From assembly GCA_963666055.2 (NCBI GenBank), contig CAXWPH010000002.1, forward strand, positions 224,001 through 288,000: a stretch of 64,000 bases of DNA, given 5' to 3'. The DNA is from Acidobacteriota bacterium (lineage in GTDB: Bacteria; Acidobacteriota; UBA890; WLXD01). This document shows, piece after piece, positions 57,940 to 64,000 of the stretch; the stretch's first letter is position 1, and every line of letters begins with the position of its first letter. Under the pieces are notes generated by a model, which searched no databases, had not been told where the DNA came from, and was given only the letters and a program-made list of their open reading frames with translations. The position numbers and the translations under genes were made by a program.

Positions 57940-58740
57940 ATGACCGAGCCCAGCTCCCCGAGCCCACCTCAGGATCCGTCGGCAGCTCCTGCGCCCGAAG
58001 CCAAGAAGAAGGGGATCAGCCCGCTGATGTGGGTGCTGATCATTCTCGGCAGCATCTTCGCGCTCACCATGGGTGCTTGCGTGGCCTGCGGCCTGGTTGT
58101 GACGCAGATGGGACGCGAGATAGCTCGCGACTTCGAGACCAATCCCGCCAAGGCAATGGCCGAGCTGGCGGTACGGGTCAACCCCGAGATCGAGCTCGTC
58201 GACAGCGATGACGATGCCGGCACCATGACGGTGCGCAACAGGGAGACCGGCGAGGAATTCACGCTGAACTTCGAAGACATCGCCGAGGGCCGCTTCTCGA
58301 TCACCAGCGATGACGGCGAGCTGTCGTTCGATACGGACGCCGACGGCGGCGGCGTTACCGTGACCGGAGTCGACGGAGCCGTCTCACGCGTCGGCGCCCT
58401 CGGCGACGAGGATCTTCCCGAATGGATGCTGCTGTATCCGAGCGCCGCGATCTCGCCGGGCGGTTTTCGCGGTGCCACGGCCGAGGGCGTCGCCGGCGCA
58501 TTCCAGATGAGCACCGACGACGCCTGCTCGCAGGTAAACGGCTACTTCATCGAGGCGCTCCCGGAGGCCGGATTCGGCATCGTCTCGTCCGCCTCGTCGA
58601 TTGGTGCCGCCGCGGCTAACAGTGTGATGGTCATGCTGCAAGCAGCCATGGACGACCCCGAGCGCTCCGTGACGATCACCATGATTGATACTGATACCGG
58701 TGCGTGCACCATCAGCGTCCAATACGGCGGAGCACCTTAG
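57940..58740 (+). CDS. Hypothetical membrane-anchored protein
   Basis: AGGAG SD; KKK followed by one TM helix and an acidic extracytoplasmic domain (LPEWMLLYP). Confidence 0.75.
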   Translation: MTEPSSPSPPQDPSAAPAPEAKKKGISPLMWVLIILGSIFALTMGACVACGLVVTQMGREIARDFETNPAKAMAELAVRVNPEIELVDSDDDAGTMTVRNRETGEEFTLNFEDIAEGRFSITSDDGELSFDTDADGGGVTVTGVDGAVSRVGALGDEDLPEWMLLYPSAAISPGGFRGATAEGVAGAFQMSTDDACSQVNGYFIEALPEAGFGIVSSASSIGAAAANSVMVMLQAAMDDPERSVTITMIDTDTGACTISVQYGGAP

Positions 58741-58769
58741 GCTGCACCTCCGTGGCGGGTCCGCGGGGG

Positions 58770-59750
58770 CTAGCTGGCGGCGGACAGTGCCCGCTCGGCG
58801 GCTCCGAAGAGCGCGGCGCGCGGCTCCAGGATGACGCCAACGGGTACCTTGCGAACCAGCGGCTCGAAGCGACCTTTGCTTGCGAAGGCGTCGAGGAACA
58901 TCGGACGGCGCAGCGCCGGGAGGATTCGTGGCGGAATGCCTCCGCCGAGGTAGATGCCACCCGTCGCCACAACTTGCAACGCCAGATTCCCCGCCGCCGC
59001 CGCCAACATCGCCACGAAGGTGTCTAGAGCCAGAGCGCACACTTCGCAGGTCTCCGACAGCCCGGACTGCAAGATCACCGGGGTGGCGTCGTCGGCCGCT
59101 GCCAGCGCCGCCGCGACGTCTTGGTTCGCCAAACCTCGACCAGACACCGACAGGAAGTCGTACAGCAACGGCATGCTGCTGCCCGAGCAGGCGCGCTCCA
59201 GGCTCACGTGCCCGAATCGCTGACGCAGAAATATCAGATACTCGGTCTGCAGCTCGCCATTGGGGGCGAAGTCCGTGTGGCCGGCCTCCGAGGCCACCGC
59301 GACGGCTCCGGCGGCGGTGCGAACCAGGATTGCCTCGCCGATCCCGGTGCCTGGGGCGACGATTCCGATCACGCCGTTCGAAGACGCCGGCACGTCGTGC
59401 AACATCTCGATCTCGCCGTCGTTCAGGTACGGCACGAACGTCGCGGTGGCTTCGAGATCGTTCATCAGCTCCAGCGGCCCGTCGATCGCCGCCAAGAGCG
59501 GTCCGTGCTCGATGTCCCACGGTAGGGTGGAGCCCGGGGTACGGTCACCGACCACCGGCCCGGCAACTGCCAGCATGCCGCCATCGACGCGCTGCCCGTC
59601 GAGGAATTCACATACCAGCGCTTCGGCGCTGTTGTAGCTCGATGTCGCCAAGCTCTCGGTTCGCACCGGTGCACGCGGTCCGCGCTCGGGGGTGAACAAC
59701 CCCAGTAGGCTCTTGGTGCCGCCGATGTCGCCAGCCAGATAGATCGCCAT
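58770..59750 (-). CDS. glk: Glucokinase
   Basis: LAGDIGGTKS, AVAGPV, NDLEA, PGTGIGEA, SEAGH, ERACSG, YLGGGI. Confidence 0.95.
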   Translation of the reverse strand: MAIYLAGDIGGTKSLLGLFTPERGPRAPVRTESLATSSYNSAEALVCEFLDGQRVDGGMLAVAGPVVGDRTPGSTLPWDIEHGPLLAAIDGPLELMNDLEATATFVPYLNDGEIEMLHDVPASSNGVIGIVAPGTGIGEAILVRTAAGAVAVASEAGHTDFAPNGELQTEYLIFLRQRFGHVSLERACSGSSMPLLYDFLSVSGRGLANQDVAAALAAADDATPVILQSGLSETCEVCALALDTFVAMLAAAAGNLALQVVATGGIYLGGGIPPRILPALRRPMFLDAFASKGRFEPLVRKVPVGVILEPRAALFGAAERALSAAS

Positions 59751-59762
59751 GTCGGGCGGATC

Positions 59763-59839
59763 CTAGCAGGCCATGGTGGAAGTCTGTCGGGCCGTAGCCC
59801 TGTAGCCAGGTCCGCCACACTTCCACCACCGACTGCTTG
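59763..59839. repeat. Short diverged element with both TIRs
   Basis: CTAGCAGGCCATGGTGGAAGTCTGTCGGG ... CCGCCACACTTCCACCACCGACTGCTTG. Confidence 0.7.
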
Positions 59840-59969
59840 CGACCCTCGCCGTCGAGCGAGCCGGATCTAGGCTTCGGGCGAGCAACTGGTCGCCGACCCC
59901 GGGAGCGGTATCCTTGCTCGCGCAGCCACTCCCCCCAGTTTGCCTTCGTTCCGCTTGCAGCGCATCGCC

Positions 59970-61565
59970 ATGAATGGACGCCCCGAGTACGACGCCATCA
60001 TCATCGGTAGCGGCTTCGGTGGCGCCTGCACTGCGGACGTGCTGGTTCGGGCCGGCAAGCGCGTGCTGATGCTCGAGCGCGGCGACTGGGTCCCCCGGGG
60101 GCCCCACAACTGGGAACCCGACGGCTCGCTCGACCTGACGCCTTACTACTCGAAGGAAACTCCGTACGAAGTGGCGCCGGGGAGCGACTCCACCGCGTCG
60201 CTGCTGGACCGGCTAGTAACCGGGCGCACCAAGGCGAAGGAGGTGGGGGGCTACTATTGCGTCGGCGGTCCGTCGGTGTTCTACGGGGCGGTCTCACTTC
60301 GCCTGCGGACTGAGGACTTCGAGCCCGCCGCCGAGGTCTGCGGTGACTCGGGCGCCGAGTGGCCCTACGGCTACGAGGAGATCGAGCCCTACTACGCCGC
60401 TGCCGAGCGTCTCCTGGGTGTAGCCGGGGTTGCCGGCGAAGATCCCACCGAGCCGCCACGTTCGAGTCCGTATCCCGCCGCGCCGGATGAGCTCTCCGAC
60501 ACCTCGAGGATGATCGCCGCCGCCGCCGAGCGCCTCGGCCTGCGGCCGTTCCGATTGCCCCTGGCGATCAACTACGAGGCCACCGATGCACGCGCCGGCT
60601 GCGTTGCCTGTACGACATGCGACTCTTTTGCCTGCGCCATCGGTGCCAAGAACGACATTGCCACGCGCGTGCTGCCGCCTTTGCTCGCCGCCGGATTGGA
60701 GCTGCGCTCCGCAACCGTCGTCAAGCGGCTGGTGCGCAACGGCTCGCGCATCAGCGGCGTCGAGTGCGTCGATCGCGCCAGCGGCGAGGCGCTGGTGTTT
60801 CACGCCGAGCAGATCGTTCTCGCTGCTGGAGCGCTGGCGTCGCCCCTGCTGCTGCTGGCCTCTGGGCTGGAGCAGCTGAATCCCGGCGGCGACGTCGTGG
60901 GGAGGTACCTGACACGACACTCCAACGCCATCGAGTTCGGCCTCTTCCGCCGCCAGGTAAATCCGCGCCAGCAGTTCCACAAGCAGCTCGGCATCCACGA
61001 CTTCTATTTCGGGCACCCGCAGGTGAGCGATCCACCTGGCAAGCTCGGCGGCATCCAGCAACTGCAGTCACCGCCCGTCGGTCTGGTCAAGGCACACCTG
61101 CCTCCTGTGGTCGGCGGGATCGTCGGCGCACTGCTGATTCCGCGTACGACCGGCCTGCTGGTGATGGCCGAGGACGAGCCTCGCGCCGACAACCGGGTAA
61201 GCATCAAGCGCTCGCGACCGGGGCGCTTCGGCCTACCCCGGGCGGTGATCCAGCATGCCTATACCGAGCGCGACTTGGCAGCGCGCGATGCTCTGCTCAA
61301 GCAGTCACGGCGCATTCTGCGTGAGGCCGGAGCCATGTGGACCTATTCCCACTACATCCATACGTTCTCCCATGCCGCCGGCACCGTCCGTATGGGGAAC
61401 GATCCGGCAACTTCGGCCCTCGACGCGCACTGTCGATTTCGTGGCATCGACAATCTGCGTGTCGTCGATGCGAGCTTCATCCCCGCCGCCGGCGGCTTGA
61501 ACCCCAGCTTGACCATCGCCGCGAACGCACTCAGAGTAGGCGAGCATCTTGTCCGCGGCCTCTGA
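59970..61565 (+). CDS. GMC family FAD oxidoreductase
   Basis: IIGSGFGG, VGGPS, CVACTTCDSFAC, HAAGTVRMG, NLRVVDAS, NPSLTIAANA. Confidence 0.93.
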   Translation: MNGRPEYDAIIIGSGFGGACTADVLVRAGKRVLMLERGDWVPRGPHNWEPDGSLDLTPYYSKETPYEVAPGSDSTASLLDRLVTGRTKAKEVGGYYCVGGPSVFYGAVSLRLRTEDFEPAAEVCGDSGAEWPYGYEEIEPYYAAAERLLGVAGVAGEDPTEPPRSSPYPAAPDELSDTSRMIAAAAERLGLRPFRLPLAINYEATDARAGCVACTTCDSFACAIGAKNDIATRVLPPLLAAGLELRSATVVKRLVRNGSRISGVECVDRASGEALVFHAEQIVLAAGALASPLLLLASGLEQLNPGGDVVGRYLTRHSNAIEFGLFRRQVNPRQQFHKQLGIHDFYFGHPQVSDPPGKLGGIQQLQSPPVGLVKAHLPPVVGGIVGALLIPRTTGLLVMAEDEPRADNRVSIKRSRPGRFGLPRAVIQHAYTERDLAARDALLKQSRRILREAGAMWTYSHYIHTFSHAAGTVRMGNDPATSALDAHCRFRGIDNLRVVDASFIPAAGGLNPSLTIAANALRVGEHLVRGL

Positions 61566-61578
61566 TTCGCGAGCTCCC

Positions 61579-62535
61579 GTGCCCTCTCCCGACCCCCTCA
61601 AGCTGGCGTTCCTGGGATGCGGCAGCGTCACCCGCAAGCACAGCGCCACGCTGAAGCGGATCGGGGGTGTGTCGCGCTACTACGCCAGCCGTAGCGCCGG
61701 CCGCGGCGCCCGTCTCTCTGAGCGCCTCGGCGGTGCCGGCGCCTACGATACCTATGCCGCCGCCTTTGACGACGACGCCATCGACGTCGTGCTGGTGGCC
61801 ACCCCACCGAGCTCCCATCTGGAGTTGACGCTTACGGCGCTGGAAGCGGGCAAGCACGTCATCGTCGAGAAGCCGCCGTTCCTGTACAGCACCGACTTCT
61901 ACGCTGTCAGCAACGCGGCGCAGCTGGCCGATCGGCAGGTGTTCGTGGCGGAGAACTATTTTTACAAGCCGTTGCTTGCTTGCCTGCGCAGGGTGATTGC
62001 CGAAGGCGACATCGGCGAGCCGCTGTTCGTCTTGCTCAACGCTCTCAAGACCCAGGAGGTGGACGATTGGCGCGACGACCCGGCCTTGGCGGGTGGCGGG
62101 GCGCTATTCGAGGGCGGCATCCACTGGGTCAATTTTGCCGCCAACCTGGGCCCGCCGTTGCGGGCCGTGCGCGGTAGCCGCCCGGGCGAACGCGTTGGCC
62201 TCGAACGAAGCATGATGCTGACGCTTGACTACGATGGGCCGGCCGGCGCGTTGCTTTATTCGTGGGAGGTCCCGTCGTTGTTCAAGGGCCTGCGCATCTC
62301 GCGCATTTGGGGCCGCGAGGGCAGCATTACGTTCGAGTCCAACGGGCTGTTCATGATGGTGCGCGGGCGCCGCCGGCGAATCTTCTTTCCGGGGCTGCGC
62401 GATATCTCGGGCTACCGGGCCATGTTCGAGGACTTCCTTCACGCCATCCGTAGCGGCACTGGCGCGGCATTCGATCTCGAAGCTGCCCGCCGCGATCTCG
62501 AGCTCGTCGAACAAGCCTACGAAACGCTGGTGTAG
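61579..62535 (+). CDS. Gfo/Idh/MocA family oxidoreductase
   Basis: LGCG, VATPPSSH, GKHVIVEKP, GGGALFEGGIH. Confidence 0.92.
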   Translation: MPSPDPLKLAFLGCGSVTRKHSATLKRIGGVSRYYASRSAGRGARLSERLGGAGAYDTYAAAFDDDAIDVVLVATPPSSHLELTLTALEAGKHVIVEKPPFLYSTDFYAVSNAAQLADRQVFVAENYFYKPLLACLRRVIAEGDIGEPLFVLLNALKTQEVDDWRDDPALAGGGALFEGGIHWVNFAANLGPPLRAVRGSRPGERVGLERSMMLTLDYDGPAGALLYSWEVPSLFKGLRISRIWGREGSITFESNGLFMMVRGRRRRIFFPGLRDISGYRAMFEDFLHAIRSGTGAAFDLEAARRDLELVEQAYETLV

Positions 62536-62709
62536 CGGCGCCAGGACAACGCTGAGATCGGCGGCGCCCTGGATCAGTGCCTCGACGGAAGGAAGCCGAG
62601 TATGGTGTTACATTTCCCATCGAGATGTGTTCATCGGGTTGCATCAGCAGGGATGATGGAGCCAGGTAAGTGAAACGAACCAATGGGGCAGAGAGTAGAG
62701 GCTGCGCAC

Positions 62710-64000
62710 ATGGCTAAAGCCGGCAAGTACATCCCGACGGCCAGAGAACAGGCTTTCCTGGATACCGTCGAAAGCCCCCGCTACGATCGCCAGACGGTCA
62801 ACGGTCTCAGCCCGTTCATAGGCGATCGGGTGCCCGACGACATGCGGCTCTTCTACTCGCAGGACGAGCTTTCTGAGCTCAGTGAGCTCAAGGGTACCGA
62901 GCGCGACGTCGAGGCGCGGATGCCGGTGAAGGTGACGCGCCACTACTTCGAGTTGGCGCAACAAAGCGCCCCTTTGCGCGGCCTGGTGAAAGCAAGCCCA
63001 GATGAGACGCAGAGTCTCGTCGGCTCCGAGGATCCGGGTTTCCAGATGGACTTCAGCCCTGTTGAGGGCCTACTCCACAAGTACGAGATGGGTCTGCTGT
63101 ACGTCACTTCGACATGTTCGGCGCATTGTCGGTTTTGCTACCGCGAGGAGTTGATCAGCCGTAAGGAAGTCAAACGGCAGGACGGAACTATCGCCAGCAA
63201 GGGGCTTGCTCAGATCAGTGAGGTCACCGACTACGTTCTCGCGCACAACAAGATCGTCGATGACAACGGTGGCCGGCATCCAGAGTCCGGCCGTGAGCGG
63301 CTGCGCGAGATGTTGTTGTCTGGTGGTGATCCGATGGTGCTGCCGAACGGAAAGCTTGCGGCATGGCTGTCGGCCCTCGCCGAGGCTGGCATTGAGGCCA
63401 TCCGGCTGGGTACGAAGGAATTGGCGTTTTTCCCGGATCGCTTCGACGAAGCGTTTTTCTCCATGCTCGACGGATTCCACGCCGCGTACCCCGATGTCGG
63501 TCTGCGTCTGATGGCGCATTTCAATCACCCTGATGAGTTCCTCACCAAGGATGCCGACGGACTCTACGTCGAGAACCCGAATGGGTCGCTCAAGTGGAAC
63601 GACTCGGCAAAGCGCGCCATCGACGGCCTCACGTCGCGGGGGTGGGTGACCGTCGAGAATCAATCCCCGATCATCAAGGGCATCAACGATGATGCCGATG
63701 CATTGCGCATCATGCAGCGGGCCCTGAAGCGTGTGGGCGCCGAGAATCACTACTTCTTTTGCGGCCGTGACATCGTTGCCTACCACGCCTTCAATGTACC
63801 GATTGAGACAGCGTGGCAGATATTGAACGAGTCCCAGAAGGGGCTATCTGGCGTTGAGACGCACGCCAGACTCTCGATCACGCACTACAAGGGCAAGACC
63901 GAGGTATCCGCAGTCACCAACGAACCGCTTCCGGGCGTTCCTGGGACAGAGAATGGTGTGGTGATCTTCAAGATCTTGCGGAACGCCGCCGGCGCACCGG
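62710..64000 (+). CDS. KamA-family radical SAM aminomutase (lysine 2,3-aminomutase-like), 3'-partial
   Basis: Not in the ORF track. MAKAGKY...SEDP...SPVEGLLHKY...CSAHCRFCYR...LLSGGDPM...IRLGTK...HFNHPDE...ENQSPIIKGINDD...YKGK. Confidence 0.9.
   Translation, partial: MAKAGKYIPTAREQAFLDTVESPRYDRQTVNGLSPFIGDRVPDDMRLFYSQDELSELSELKGTERDVEARMPVKVTRHYFELAQQSAPLRGLVKASPDETQSLVGSEDPGFQMDFSPVEGLLHKYEMGLLYVTSTCSAHCRFCYREELISRKEVKRQDGTIASKGLAQISEVTDYVLAHNKIVDDNGGRHPESGRERLREMLLSGGDPMVLPNGKLAAWLSALAEAGIEAIRLGTKELAFFPDRFDEAFFSMLDGFHAAYPDVGLRLMAHFNHPDEFLTKDADGLYVENPNGSLKWNDSAKRAIDGLTSRGWVTVENQSPIIKGINDDADALRIMQRALKRVGAENHYFFCGRDIVAYHAFNVPIETAWQILNESQKGLSGVETHARLSITHYKGKTEVSAVTNEPLPGVPGTENGVVIFKILRNAAGAP

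Noticed and set aside
62536-62709. SAM or lysine riboswitch upstream of the KamA-like gene
   Set aside because: I could not find the consensus core motifs; an Infernal scan is needed.
63070-63786. 238-aa minus-strand ORF
   Set aside because: Antisense to the KamA-family gene, which carries clear motifs.

Overview
A 64-kb, high-GC bacterial chromosomal window. Gene content (PadR + ADOP-type ABC permease, CRTAC1/ASPIC protein, dihaem cytochrome c + PQQ dehydrogenase, many secreted peptidases) suggests Acidobacteriota or Gemmatimonadota; this is inference, not a search result. I support about 50 CDS, mostly peptide scavenging, redox, envelope and central metabolism. Two of them (a TamB-like gene at the left edge and a KamA-family radical SAM gene at the right edge) run off the window and are absent from the ORF track. 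I saw no rRNA, tRNA, CRISPR array, transposase or phage module. Main observations: (1) a hidden AhpD-like selenoprotein with C-G-Y-UGA and a SECIS-like hairpin 11 nt downstream, masked by a 1-nt frameshift; (2) a ~279-bp highly structured non-coding element with 34-bp terminal inverted repeats, in 3 full copies and about 9 remnants, sitting at CTAG/TAG stop codons; (3) a C2H2 zinc-finger-like insertion inside FTCD; (4) an orphan sigma70 promoter-palindrome-terminator unit that may make a ~50-nt RNA; (5) several gene lesions and a G26 run, which could be decay or assembly error. All calls come from reading motifs by eye; no database searches were run.
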